This document shows, one piece after another, positions 36,733-46,824 of a stretch of DNA of 64,000 nt. The stretch comes from an uncultured Bacilli bacterium (GTDB taxonomy: Bacteria > Bacillota_I > Bacilli_A > RF39 > UBA660). The position numbers and the translations under genes were made by a program. Position 1 is the stretch's first letter, and every line of letters begins with the position of its first letter. The notes below the pieces were generated by a model that was not told where the DNA came from, searched no databases, and was given only the letters and a program-made list of their open reading frames with translations. The DNA is taken from positions 67 through 64,066 of the forward strand of contig CANROB010000007.1 in assembly GCA_947632115.1 (NCBI GenBank). The letters are read 5' to 3'.

Positions 36733-37542
36733 CTATGCCTTTTTTAATTTTCCTTGCTTCAATAAATTTAACATTTGAGTGTTTTGAGATGCAGACCCTT
36801 TATAACCAGTAATTCCATTCTTGTTAGCTATTTTTAATCGATTAGTAAATGAACTGTCTACTTTTATACTCTTCAATCCATCTACAATGGAGTTCCCTTT
36901 GTAACTACACTTTGGATAATAACTCGTTGTTTCGACAGGTGTAGAGGTTGTTGGTTTAGGTTCTTCTTTTACTTCTTCCGTTGGTAAGTCTTTGAATTTT
37001 AATCCTTTACTTTGCTTAATTTTAGTAATAGATTTATCGATAAAAAACACTTCTTCTGGTGCGATTTGATTATTGCTAATAACCCATGCGCCTTTCGAAT
37101 TTTTCTTCCATCCGTTATTACCTAATTTGCTAAATTCGCACGCTGCACATTCGATATGAAAATGGTATCCTTTAGGAGCTCCATCGTTCCCCTCTTTGAA
37201 CATGACAGTTCCCTGCTTTACAGCTTGTCCAACTTTGTACTTTTTTAAATCGGCATCAACTACATGAAGCACCATCACTGTCACAAAAGATTCTTTTCCG
37301 TTGGCAAGTTTTACCTTGTCTTTAGATTGTAACCATACTGAATTAGTGCCTGCTGTATAAAATCTCTTAATTATACAATCAAAGGGTGCTAAGAACTCAC
37401 TTTTTGACGATAAAGACTCACAGATGTCGTCGATTGGATAAGATTTAGGACTACCATTATAATAATCTGCATGAGAGCCGCTCTTTACAGCGTAACCCTG
37501 CGTCAAATTCATAAATTTACTTGGATATTTTGCAGATTGCAT
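36733..37542 (-). CDS. phage endolysin, M23/LytM-like peptidase domain plus C-terminal cell-wall-binding-like domain
   Basis: Located next to the holin. The layout parallels lysostaphin-type M23 domains (..VMVLHV..KVGQAVKQGTVMFKEGNDGAPKGYHFHIE). The C-terminal ~60 aa module (DGLKSIKVDSSF...NTQMLNLLKQGKLKKA) is common at the ends of phage lysins. Confidence 0.6.
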   Translation of the reverse strand: MQSAKYPSKFMNLTQGYAVKSGSHADYYNGSPKSYPIDDICESLSSKSEFLAPFDCIIKRFYTAGTNSVWLQSKDKVKLANGKESFVTVMVLHVVDADLKKYKVGQAVKQGTVMFKEGNDGAPKGYHFHIECAACEFSKLGNNGWKKNSKGAWVISNNQIAPEEVFFIDKSITKIKQSKGLKFKDLPTEEVKEEPKPTTSTPVETTSYYPKCSYKGNSIVDGLKSIKVDSSFTNRLKIANKNGITGYKGSASQNTQMLNLLKQGKLKKA

Positions 37543-37559
37543 ATTTTTTACCTCACTTT

Positions 37560-37814
37560 CTATTTATTTTTAGTTTGGATGGCATCGTATCCGCCACCTA
37601 CACCGAGAGAAACGGCTAGGCAAATGAAAATTGCCGTAGGAATGTTGTTAAATAATCCAAAATAAATCGCAATAAATGCAGACACAATTCCAATCACAAT
37701 ATTTTGGATTGGAACAAATCTAGCAGGAATTACATTATCTTTCATAAATGCTCCAAGAATTCCCGTTAAAACTGCCTGTACAAGCATAAAAATTAAATCT
37801 AGTGTTATTTCCAT
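37560..37814 (-). CDS. phage holin
   Basis: 84 aa with three predicted TM segments and a charged C-terminal end (YDAIQTKNK); immediately upstream of the endolysin. Confidence 0.75.
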   Translation of the reverse strand: MEITLDLIFMLVQAVLTGILGAFMKDNVIPARFVPIQNIVIGIVSAFIAIYFGLFNNIPTAIFICLAVSLGVGGGYDAIQTKNK

Positions 37815-37830
37815 TATTTATCCCTCCTTT

Positions 37831-38208
37831 CTAAAATTTATCTTTCATGAGCTTGTCCCATTTTGCATGGATATAGCTGTTTCTGTGAAGATCATTTGTA
37901 TAATGGGCATAAATTTCGTACGCCCTTTGAATTTCTACAGAATCTAGTTCATGCCCCATCTCAACATCTTTTAAAAACCTAACAAGATAATTTTTACAAA
38001 CCGACTCATCAATGTTGTCAAGCTTGTCCTTTGTTTCTTTCTTAAAGCTAGCTAGTTCCTTCTTTAAAGGGTCTAACGCCTTATCTAAAATAGCGTCTGC
38101 TGGCTTTTTTATTCTCTGATAAAATCTTTCTATCAAGTCCCAGACGTTTAGCAATAGCAATAATCCTACTGCAATTTGCCCAATAGTAATATTTTCCAAA
38201 CATTCCAC
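37831..38208 (-). CDS. phage membrane protein (N-terminal TM plus coiled coil), lysis-module associated
   Basis: Lies between the tail fibre and holin genes; one TM segment. Confidence 0.45.
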   Translation of the reverse strand: MECLENITIGQIAVGLLLLLNVWDLIERFYQRIKKPADAILDKALDPLKKELASFKKETKDKLDNIDESVCKNYLVRFLKDVEMGHELDSVEIQRAYEIYAHYTNDLHRNSYIHAKWDKLMKDKF

Positions 38209-38226
38209 CTCTTTCTTCCTTTAACT

Positions 38227-40257
38227 TTAAGCGGTTCGCTTCCACATATAACAAGTAATATACGGTTGTAAATTATTATGAGCTCCGTCATTACCAACTG
38301 AGCTATGTTCGTGTGTGGCATTTATTGTTACAACATCTGTGTTTGGATTTGTTCTATTACCTCCTGAGGCAATATACCCATGTGAACCGGACCAAGCACC
38401 AACTGTCTTTGATACAATGCCAGTTTGTCCTTTTCTACCACCAACAATTACATCAGCGTTATTACCATAACCACGAGCTTCAAATGTACCACTTAAAGAT
38501 TTACTACCATGCGTATGACTAGGTATTTGCTCTACAGTTAGTGTAACCTCTTTATCACCGCCTGTTTTTTCAATCGAATTAAATTCTGTTTGACTTGAGT
38601 CATACCCAACAGGAACTCTTCCAGAACCCCATGAAACCCATGTACCCCCTAAAAAAGATTGGGGACTAGTATTTTTTACACTCATATAGATGGATCCGAT
38701 TGGATAAATAAAATCTAGTAATTTCTTCTTTGTAATTACTGGACTATAATTATTTTCCAATTCTCCATTAATATTAAAATAATCATCGCCTATATCAAAA
38801 ATCGATGTGGACTTGGTCTCACTACCTTTTAAAGAATACGCCTTACATAAATCTGTAGCGGTAAATTCAACTTCAACACCAGAATCTGTCGCAATATCAG
38901 CTGCAATCTGTCCGCTATAGCTAAACTTACTACCACTTACAGTAGCCTTGACCGAACTAATTGTGTTCCAAGAAGATGAACCGCTTACTTTATACCTAGC
39001 AGTCAATGTAATAGAATTTGTTTTAGATCCAAATGATTGATTCCAAAAAGTTCCCTCACAAGCAATATTTACCTTTTTAGATAAAGATTCTGTCCTTTGA
39101 ACAGTTACTTTCGAAATGATTGGTGCTGAATAATTTAGTAATGTATAATCTGTTCCTATTTTTTTAGATTTGTTTTCTGTTTTAAATCCTCGACTGTCCG
39201 TTATTGCGAACAAGAATTCTGTATTTCCATTTACAATAGATGAAAACACTTTCGAGGTGGTCGTTAAATCATAACTTTCATTCCCGTTACTGTAGTGATA
39301 AGTCTTTGCCGTTGCTCCATTTTTGCTCTTAGCAGTTCCAAAAGAAGCTAATACAGTAGAAACACTTTTTATAAATTTATTTGACACACCAGTTAATGTT
39401 TTAGTTAAGCTATCATTTGCTTGAAGTGTCGGATTAAAATCAAATTTTGCACCAATGACTTCAAAGTTAAAAGTTATTTCCGATGTTCCTAAAGAAGTAT
39501 CTCCGTTGAATGTTTCCAAAGTAAATTTAATAGGCAATGTCTTATCGTTAGGTATCAACGAAGCCATTTCTTGCACAGTTTTTGGGAATAAGGTCGCATT
39601 AAATGATGGGTCTTGATTATAAGAATTAAAAGTAGCTTCATCTAAAATAACAGCAATGACATCATTTGAATCTGTTGATCTAACTAACTTTTTTTTAGAA
39701 AACAAAGTTCCTGTAACAGTGTTGTAAGAATAAGTAAGTGTATGAGTAAATGAATCACTACCTATTCTTGGCTCTATTGAAATTCCTATTGGTGCCTGAT
39801 ACTCTTCTTGATTCCATCCAAAATCATCAATAATAGTTGTTTTTCTAGCGATGCTTGTCAATTTTGTATTTGCGGTCTGTACAGTTGATTTATCTGGAAT
39901 TCCATAACCATTATCACGGTAAATAATTTTTGAATAACCACTCAAAGTACCATCGTCGTTGTGAGTAACAGTGATTGAACCGCTAACTGAAATAGATTGA
40001 TTGACTGATACCGATTTAAATTCTTTTGTTTTAACAAGTTTATCAGCATTGGTCTTATTATCATGCCAATAAACATTAATACTTGCATTTTTATTTGTTG
40101 AGCTAAAACTTCCACCATTTGATTTTAAAGATCCACTAACTGAAATGGTAGAAGTATTATTAAGTGTATTTGTACTGGTTTCGTTAAAATTTGTGGATAG
40201 TGTAAAACTTCCACCGTATTTTCCTGTAAAATTTCCTGATTTACTATTACTTGCCAT
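38227..40257 (-). CDS. tail fibre / receptor-binding protein with C-terminal tail-collar-like domain
   Basis: The S/T/N-rich N-terminal region resembles siphovirus DUF859-type proteins. The C-terminus (PIGSIYMS...LGGTWVSWGSGRVPVG...GGDKEVTLTVEQIPSHTH) fits the tail-collar/MdpB-like pattern. Confidence 0.7.
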   Translation of the reverse strand: MASNSKSGNFTGKYGGSFTLSTNFNETSTNTLNNTSTISVSGSLKSNGGSFSSTNKNASINVYWHDNKTNADKLVKTKEFKSVSVNQSISVSGSITVTHNDDGTLSGYSKIIYRDNGYGIPDKSTVQTANTKLTSIARKTTIIDDFGWNQEEYQAPIGISIEPRIGSDSFTHTLTYSYNTVTGTLFSKKKLVRSTDSNDVIAVILDEATFNSYNQDPSFNATLFPKTVQEMASLIPNDKTLPIKFTLETFNGDTSLGTSEITFNFEVIGAKFDFNPTLQANDSLTKTLTGVSNKFIKSVSTVLASFGTAKSKNGATAKTYHYSNGNESYDLTTTSKVFSSIVNGNTEFLFAITDSRGFKTENKSKKIGTDYTLLNYSAPIISKVTVQRTESLSKKVNIACEGTFWNQSFGSKTNSITLTARYKVSGSSSWNTISSVKATVSGSKFSYSGQIAADIATDSGVEVEFTATDLCKAYSLKGSETKSTSIFDIGDDYFNINGELENNYSPVITKKKLLDFIYPIGSIYMSVKNTSPQSFLGGTWVSWGSGRVPVGYDSSQTEFNSIEKTGGDKEVTLTVEQIPSHTHGSKSLSGTFEARGYGNNADVIVGGRKGQTGIVSKTVGAWSGSHGYIASGGNRTNPNTDVVTINATHEHSSVGNDGAHNNLQPYITCYMWKRTA

Positions 40258-40258
40258 A

Positions 40259-43102
40259 CTAATCCTCCAAATCCTCTAATGTTTCGATTAATTCATCAAC
40301 CCAGAAGCCTGAAACTACTTTTCGTCCACTTTTGGTTGGGGTATCGATTGTTCTTGCGAGCAACTTTAAATTTTGAAACTGAATACTTTCTGTTACAATC
40401 AATTTTTCAAATCCTGAACCATTCTTGTTAAAAATCGAAATTAAAGTTGATACATTATAGATTCTCAAGCCTTGATTATCTAATTTTGAATTGACATCAA
40501 CTCCGTCAGAGCCAATATGCAAGCCATCCGTTCTAAAATTAAAATTCATCATTTCTATGGTTCCTTGCATCGTTTCTAAATTAGTTTTTAACTTTGAATT
40601 ACTGTCTTCTAGATTTTTTAATCTATTGTTAGTTCCATTTAGATTGTCTAATTTTTGTTGATTCTCGGAAACTTTGATATCTAATCCACTAGCGGTTTGC
40701 TCAACAGCAGTTAAACGATTCTCAATATCGTTAGTCGTCTCTATTGATTCACTAACGGTTGTTGTGACATGATCTAATCCGATTTCTAAATCTGCCACAT
40801 TTGTTTTGACCTCTTCTATTACTTCATTGACCACGATAGCTGTATCTACCCAGTTGTAATCGTCAAAATTTTCCGAATCAGTTGGATTCGTATCCACATA
40901 AGTTCCTTGATAACGAGCAGGCTGTTTTCCAATCTCACTTTGTTTATAGAAAATAACTTGATCTGCATCCTCTTGTGAAATTCCAGAGTAGAATAAAATG
41001 TAAACCTTTACATCCCTTCCGCGACTATTTTTGTATGAGACTTCTTTTCCATTTAACGAAACCGTTGTAATCCATCTATCATCCGTTTCAAAAAGTCTTA
41101 ATCTAAAATCCTTGCTAGATGGAAGTTCAATGTTAATTGTGTCTCCATTTTTCAAAATAAAAGGTTCGAAATATTTTGAATTTGGATAAGTTGAACTTTT
41201 TTCTTCAAACGCACCTGCCGTAGTAATAAATCCACTTACCAATTTTTTGTTGTTCAAATTTGGTTTAGAGAAAGTTTTTCCATCTTCTGACCATCTAATG
41301 TGAAGATAACTGCTTGTCCCATCCTTACCATTAGTTCCGTTTGTACCAGGAGTACCGTCTATTCCTCTTTCCCCGTCATCACCCTTAATTTTTGACCAAT
41401 TATAAGCTGATGGACTTGTTGGTGCTGTTGCGGAGGTTGTGATAGCAATTCCGATGTAAATGGCATCTGTTGCTTCTGTAGTCATGCCATCTCCATTAGC
41501 GTTTTGACTGTAGCGAATGTGAGTGTAACTGCTTGTTCCATTCTTCCCGTTTTCTCCATCTTTTCCTGGAGTTCCGTCGTCTCCTTTGTCTCCTTTTGCT
41601 CCGTCTTTTCCCGGTGTCCCGGCAAGCGCTAAAGACACAGTTAATTTCTTGTTAGATGTGTATTTTGTGTTTCCATCCATGTACAAAATTTCAACGGAAT
41701 AATCGTTATTTGTGTTAGCGATTACGGTACTTGAATCTACATCAATTACTATCTTTCCAGTTTCGACTTTAGCCGTAATTCCTTCGTTGTTTCCATCAAT
41801 AGTGATAGATGGACTTACTAATTCTCCTTTAAAGTAAGATTCAACTACTATCTCGTAATTTTTAGTTTCTAATGGTTTTTTGGTTGCATCCGTGGAAATA
41901 ATCAAGTTCTCTTGAGATAGGTATGCGTTAAAAAGGTTTACTGATTTTTCAAGTTCGTTTACTGATTTTGTATTTTTTTCTATACTCTCAGCGTGTGCCT
42001 GAATTTGTTTATTAATGTGATCAACGCTTAATTTGATATCGTTATAGTTTGATTTGTTACTACCCGCCAAAGTATAGTCTGTTTTATTTTCTGTTTGCGT
42101 TGCTGCAGAAACTTTAGATTTTATCCTGCTTGTTGACTCATAACTTAAAAGAATCGTCTTGAATGTATTTCCATTTTTATCAACAATCGTAATTTCGTCA
42201 TTTAAGTCAAATAAAAATCCATCTACGAAATCTTCTAGTTCGAATGGGATGATGGACTTTCCAATAAAATTGTTTGAAAGTTCTTCAATCATTTCTTGCC
42301 GATATAGATCTACAAATGGATTATCAAAAATTTTCCACTCTTTTCTTTCAGAACTGATAGTTTCTGGATAAACGATATCGTCATCCATCCCCTCTTTTCC
42401 TAAAACAAGAGTATTAATTATAAATTCTTTTTCTTTGGTTAAATTGGTATATCTTTTTCGAGGAATAATTTGATTAGTAGAAACAGAAGTCCTAATCGCT
42501 AACCTGCCTTCCCTATTTAAAAAGGCAATACTACCAGCGATTTCAGCGAATGAACTTACGACTTGTCGATTAGTAATGGATTCATTAAAATTTGGTTGCT
42601 TAAAACTATAATCCGCTAAATTAAATGCTGTACTTTCCAATTCAACTCCTAATTTATCACACATTTCTTGTATAATTTCTAATCCAGTATGCTCAACGCT
42701 CCAATCCAAAGAAGACTCATATTTAGAATCAAAAAGTTGTGTCTTATCCTGGATATCTTTGAAAGAAACTGTCTTTTTGCTTATGTTGGTTGTTATTTTA
42801 TCTTCTGTAGCAATAAAAATTCCTTGTGGAACCCATTCTATTTCTTCATCAATAACAAGTCCTCTATAAACTGCAATCTCTTTGTTAACAAAATCGAGTT
42901 CATTATTCAAATCATAAATTTCGAAGCTACATGTCTTAGTTGGGAATCCGCCAAACATTGAATCATTTTGATGATTAAATTTTGGGGTTTCTTTAATAAA
43001 TTTGCCATCATAAGTAACTCCATCAACTATAATTTTTGATTTTGGAGAAAGACCCAAAGAATTCTCTAAAAAATCCTTATATTTTTCACTTACCTTATAC
43101 AT
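40259..43102 (-). CDS. tail tip / baseplate hub protein (prophage-tail, Tal-like) with two collagen-like G-X-Y modules
   Basis: 947 aa after the Dit-position gene. Contains GTPGKDGAKGDKGDDGTPGKDGENGKNG and GDDGERGIDGTPGTNGTNGKDG repeats, and a C-terminal coiled coil. Confidence 0.7.
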   Translation of the reverse strand: MYKVSEKYKDFLENSLGLSPKSKIIVDGVTYDGKFIKETPKFNHQNDSMFGGFPTKTCSFEIYDLNNELDFVNKEIAVYRGLVIDEEIEWVPQGIFIATEDKITTNISKKTVSFKDIQDKTQLFDSKYESSLDWSVEHTGLEIIQEMCDKLGVELESTAFNLADYSFKQPNFNESITNRQVVSSFAEIAGSIAFLNREGRLAIRTSVSTNQIIPRKRYTNLTKEKEFIINTLVLGKEGMDDDIVYPETISSERKEWKIFDNPFVDLYRQEMIEELSNNFIGKSIIPFELEDFVDGFLFDLNDEITIVDKNGNTFKTILLSYESTSRIKSKVSAATQTENKTDYTLAGSNKSNYNDIKLSVDHINKQIQAHAESIEKNTKSVNELEKSVNLFNAYLSQENLIISTDATKKPLETKNYEIVVESYFKGELVSPSITIDGNNEGITAKVETGKIVIDVDSSTVIANTNNDYSVEILYMDGNTKYTSNKKLTVSLALAGTPGKDGAKGDKGDDGTPGKDGENGKNGTSSYTHIRYSQNANGDGMTTEATDAIYIGIAITTSATAPTSPSAYNWSKIKGDDGERGIDGTPGTNGTNGKDGTSSYLHIRWSEDGKTFSKPNLNNKKLVSGFITTAGAFEEKSSTYPNSKYFEPFILKNGDTINIELPSSKDFRLRLFETDDRWITTVSLNGKEVSYKNSRGRDVKVYILFYSGISQEDADQVIFYKQSEIGKQPARYQGTYVDTNPTDSENFDDYNWVDTAIVVNEVIEEVKTNVADLEIGLDHVTTTVSESIETTNDIENRLTAVEQTASGLDIKVSENQQKLDNLNGTNNRLKNLEDSNSKLKTNLETMQGTIEMMNFNFRTDGLHIGSDGVDVNSKLDNQGLRIYNVSTLISIFNKNGSGFEKLIVTESIQFQNLKLLARTIDTPTKSGRKVVSGFWVDELIETLEDLED

Positions 43103-43107
43103 TTAAA

Positions 43108-43503
43108 TCACCCAAGATCATCTGTATCCATTTGAATGAACCTAATTTGGAAAGGCTCGCAAGTTCTTTGGTCTCCTATTTTTTTTAATTTCACAGCATC
43201 TCCAACTATATACATATTTTTTTTGATAAAATTCATTTCTTTTAAATCATAATATTTTAAAGTGCAACTTGTCTTTTCAAGCAATTTTAAAATATTAGAA
43301 ATTTCTTTTTCTCCTCTAAAATCAATAAAATCGTAAGAAACTTTATTAGTAAGTCCAATAACATCTCTATACATTGTTCCGTCTTCGCTTCTTCCAGAAT
43401 TGTCTCCATCAAGTTGAGCATATTCCCAACTAATTCCATCCGCTGAGAATATGATTCCGTCAACTTCAAAATCACTATCCTTCATATTTTTCACTCCTTT
43501 CAT
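43108..43503 (-). CDS. phage tail component (distal tail protein position, unusually short)
   Basis: Position between the tape measure gene and the tail tip gene. Confidence 0.4.
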   Translation of the reverse strand: MKGVKNMKDSDFEVDGIIFSADGISWEYAQLDGDNSGRSEDGTMYRDVIGLTNKVSYDFIDFRGEKEISNILKLLEKTSCTLKYYDLKEMNFIKKNMYIVGDAVKLKKIGDQRTCEPFQIRFIQMDTDDLG

Positions 43504-43521
43504 AGAAAAAAAGAAATATTG

Positions 43522-46086
43522 CTAAACTAATAGCAATATTTCTCCTGCTTCTATCTCGGCTTGATTAATCTTTTTAATAATCTTTCTACCATCTTCGTAT
43601 TTAACATTAATTGTAAATTCAAATTCTTGCTTTCCTGTGCCACCGTTATCTTTAATTGCCTTATCAACCTGATTATAAATTTTGCTTTCAGGAGTAACGA
43701 TTTCTCCTTCACGTGTGTTATCTCCAATTATTGCTAATCTTGGATTGTTGCGTTCAACATATCCACCTCTGTATAATTCAGGTATTTCAGGAATATCAAA
43801 TTTTTTTATCCAACTGAATGGTTTGATTCCAACAATTTCTATTGATTTAATTTTTGACAAAACACCATTAATTGCGTTAAAAGGAACCGCAATTACCTTG
43901 TTAATTCCGCCAATAATCTTGTTAACAATTCCTGTAAAGACTTTGGCAATTCCATCTTTAATTCCATCAAAAATTTTTCCTCCAACAGAAAAGACTTTTT
44001 TTACACCTTCCCATGCATTTGAGAAAATATTTTTAAAGAAGCTTGCAACGCTACCGAAAACGTTCTTGATTCCTTCCCATGCATTCGAAGCACCATTTTT
44101 AAGCCCATCCCACATGCCTGAAAAGAAATTTTTTACTGGCTGAATAATGTTTTCGTCAAACCAAGTAGCTACTTTATCCCATACTCCTTTTATCCAGTCC
44201 CAACATTTTGATGCTGCCTCTTTAACATCATCCCAATGTTTTACCAATAATGTGATAACTGCTATTAATGCCACTATTGCTGCAACAACCAATGTAATTG
44301 GACTAGTTAATACAGCCATAATTCCACTAAAAATACCAGTTACAGTATTGCATACTGCCATTGCGACATTATAAACACCTATCGCTGTTGCAATTATACC
44401 TATAGCTATTCCAATATTTTCTAGGATAGCTACACAATCTTCATTTTCTCCAATCCAACTTAATGCATCTCCTATTGCTTGTAAAGTTGTATCAATAACA
44501 CTACCTGTAAACTCTGCTATAGGCGATATAAAATTATTCCATAACCAATCTCCAAATGCTTGAAATCCAGAAATAATTGGAGTTAAGATGGACAAAGCGC
44601 CTCCTAGTATATTAAGAAAATCAGGCAAAGCAGTTCCTATCGTCCATGATGCTAGTGGTGCAAGTATATTTTTATAAAAATCTAGCAGTCCTTTACCTAT
44701 TGTCTCCGCAAATGGTTCTAGCGCTTTCCATAAATCATCAAATGATTTATTTATCGTTTTAAAATCTATATTGCCAATTTCTTCGGCTGTAATATTTAAA
44801 AAATCAGGCAAAGCAGTTCCTATCGTCCATGATGCTAGTGGTACTAATAAATCAAAATAGAAGTCACTCAATCCTTGTCCTATCGCTTGTCCAAACGGTT
44901 GTAATGAATCCCATAAATTGCTAAATGCGTTTATCAAATTATCAAAATTAATATTTTGCAATGGTTCAATAAACTTTTTAATTTTATCAACCGTCGCTTG
45001 CACAACACTACTAACCGCACTATCTTCTGGAGTTTTAGGAACAATTGATACTGAGGCGTTTCCTCCGGATTCATTATTAGTGTTGCTATCACTATTTTTC
45101 GAAGTATTTAAAGTATTAATTTCATCCATTGGGGCAAATGCTTTAGTTATTTTTTTTGCTGCTTTAGTCGCTTCCTTTGCTGCATTTTTGGAATTATCTC
45201 CAATATCAGCAATATTAGAACTTGCTTTTGATACAACTTTTGGCATTTCTAGTCCAAATAATTTTAAAATATCTTGCATTTGTGTGAAAAAGTTTGTAAG
45301 TGCAGAAATTGCACTATTAATTACAGGTATGAATAATTGTGCAATTGGCGTAACTACACTTCCAACTGCTACCATCAATTGATTAAAATTAAATTTTAAT
45401 TGCTGAATTTGACCATCAAATGTTTTTGTGTAAGCTGTTGCATCACCAACTTGAAACTTAGTTTCTTGCATAATTCCGTTATACTCGGCTTCAATTTTTT
45501 GTGCTTGCGTCATTGCGGAAGTTGTGGTATTATGTGCTTTCGCATAATCTTCCCACATTTTCGCAACATTTTTTGTAACACCAGCATTATCAACTAAAAT
45601 TGAGTTCTCATTCTTCAAACCTTCAGTAGCAGATACTACAGCTTCTCCTAAATCATAAGATGCTTGTCTTCCGAAAGCAGCACTATCTTTTAAAGCAACT
45701 AATGTATTCTCAATTTGTGAAGTATCATATCCTCTAGACAATAAATTTTTATAAGCCGTTGCTGTTTCTTCAATAGAGACTAATCCATCCTTTGTATATT
45801 CTTGAATAAATTTTTCAGCTTGAGAAAATGAATTCCCTGTACCTTGTATGATACTATTTAATCCTGTAAAAGCACTCTGCACACGACTAGCACTTGAAAT
45901 ACAAGTTGAAGAAAAATCTATTACTTTTTTTACTGCAAAGGCACTTGCTACTATTTTAGTAATCTTGCTAAATGTTCCTGAAAAAGCATTTCCTGATGAC
46001 TTTAATTTAGAGCTTAATTGCTTATCATAATTTTTAGAATTTAACTCTAAAACTATATTTACCTTACCAGCTGTCTCCCCACTCAT
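43522..46086 (-). CDS. tail tape measure protein
   Basis: 854 aa, helical with hydrophobic segments and an internal duplication (LASWTIGTALPDFLNI x2). Follows the G/GT chaperone genes. Confidence 0.85.
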   Translation of the reverse strand: MSGETAGKVNIVLELNSKNYDKQLSSKLKSSGNAFSGTFSKITKIVASAFAVKKVIDFSSTCISSASRVQSAFTGLNSIIQGTGNSFSQAEKFIQEYTKDGLVSIEETATAYKNLLSRGYDTSQIENTLVALKDSAAFGRQASYDLGEAVVSATEGLKNENSILVDNAGVTKNVAKMWEDYAKAHNTTTSAMTQAQKIEAEYNGIMQETKFQVGDATAYTKTFDGQIQQLKFNFNQLMVAVGSVVTPIAQLFIPVINSAISALTNFFTQMQDILKLFGLEMPKVVSKASSNIADIGDNSKNAAKEATKAAKKITKAFAPMDEINTLNTSKNSDSNTNNESGGNASVSIVPKTPEDSAVSSVVQATVDKIKKFIEPLQNINFDNLINAFSNLWDSLQPFGQAIGQGLSDFYFDLLVPLASWTIGTALPDFLNITAEEIGNIDFKTINKSFDDLWKALEPFAETIGKGLLDFYKNILAPLASWTIGTALPDFLNILGGALSILTPIISGFQAFGDWLWNNFISPIAEFTGSVIDTTLQAIGDALSWIGENEDCVAILENIGIAIGIIATAIGVYNVAMAVCNTVTGIFSGIMAVLTSPITLVVAAIVALIAVITLLVKHWDDVKEAASKCWDWIKGVWDKVATWFDENIIQPVKNFFSGMWDGLKNGASNAWEGIKNVFGSVASFFKNIFSNAWEGVKKVFSVGGKIFDGIKDGIAKVFTGIVNKIIGGINKVIAVPFNAINGVLSKIKSIEIVGIKPFSWIKKFDIPEIPELYRGGYVERNNPRLAIIGDNTREGEIVTPESKIYNQVDKAIKDNGGTGKQEFEFTINVKYEDGRKIIKKINQAEIEAGEILLLV

Positions 46087-46097
46087 TTTCTCACCTC

Positions 46098-46517
46098 CTA
46101 GTTAAACATTTTTGACAATGTTTTTGAAATTTCATCATTCTTCAAATAAATTCTTTGGGAATCATCTTTCTTTTGATGCAATTTAAATTCTCGCCATTCC
46201 TGTCTAATCCTTTTATCATTTGCAGTCATTTCTTTTAACATTGTTGGATTTTTTTCAGACCTAATTTTTACTGTATATCCAAGTGGCGTATCTCCGTTTA
46301 TTCCAGAAAGTAATTGCCTAAATTCTTGACAAGAAATATTATCATATTCATCATGTAATCTGATTCCGTATTGTTGAGCAAAACTTGCTACAATTAAATC
46401 CCAGTCAAACTCTAAATCATAGTAGGTTTCTGGGTCTATACGTTTTTTCTTACTTGTTCTTTTGCCATTTTTTGTAGTTCCTCTGGATTCTCCCCCGTAA
46501 TTGCTCCCATGACACAA
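46098..46517 (-). CDS. tail assembly chaperone T segment (expressed as a G-T fusion by -1 frameshift)
   Basis: Its frame is -1 relative to, and overlaps, the 3' end of 46436-46771, with no credible start of its own. Confidence 0.7.
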   Translation of the reverse strand: MCHGSNYGGESRGTTKNGKRTSKKKRIDPETYYDLEFDWDLIVASFAQQYGIRLHDEYDNISCQEFRQLLSGINGDTPLGYTVKIRSEKNPTMLKEMTANDKRIRQEWREFKLHQKKDDSQRIYLKNDEISKTLSKMFN

Positions 46518-46771
46518 AACGTTAAGTATGTCGCTTTTTCAACAGGTAAATCCATAGCCATAATTTCTTCTGCCGCATCTCTTCCCAAAGCAAGATCATA
46601 AATTTTTTTAGTCTTGTCTTTTTCCTCGAGTTCTTCTTTTTGAACAGCCTGAATCTTATCCCATGTTGATTGCCTATCGTCTACGGTATACAATCTGTCT
46701 CCAATTTTTAATTGTGGATGATTATCGCCACTTAAAATTTCTTTCGTAATTCCTGTATCAATAATTCGCAT
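46436..46771 (-). CDS. tail assembly chaperone G
   Basis: 111 aa between the major tail and tape measure genes. Confidence 0.75.
   Translation of the reverse strand: MRIIDTGITKEILSGDNHPQLKIGDRLYTVDDRQSTWDKIQAVQKEELEEKDKTKKIYDLALGRDAAEEIMAMDLPVEKATYLTFCVMGAITGENPEELQKMAKEQVRKNV
46442..46448 (-). promoter_or_regulatory. -1 programmed frameshift slippery heptamer A_AAA_AAC
   Basis: In the G frame ...AGA AAA AAC GTA TAG. A slip gives ...AAG AAA AAA CGT ATA GAC, continuing into the T frame. Confidence 0.7.
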
Positions 46772-46824
46772 TTTTTTCTCTTTCCTTTCTTATAAAAAAA
46801 ATAAAGGGTAAAGATTTAATATCT

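Noticed and set aside
43287-43475. 62-aa minus-strand ORF nested in 43108-43503
   Set aside because: It is an alternative frame of the same strand within a longer ORF, with no independent RBS.
43682-46030. Several plus-strand ORFs (43682-44143, 44147-44374, 44918-45382, 45400-45597, 45848-46030)
   Set aside because: All lie antisense within the tape measure gene. Their translations are hydrophobic low-complexity mirrors of the Ala/Ile/Gly-rich TMP.
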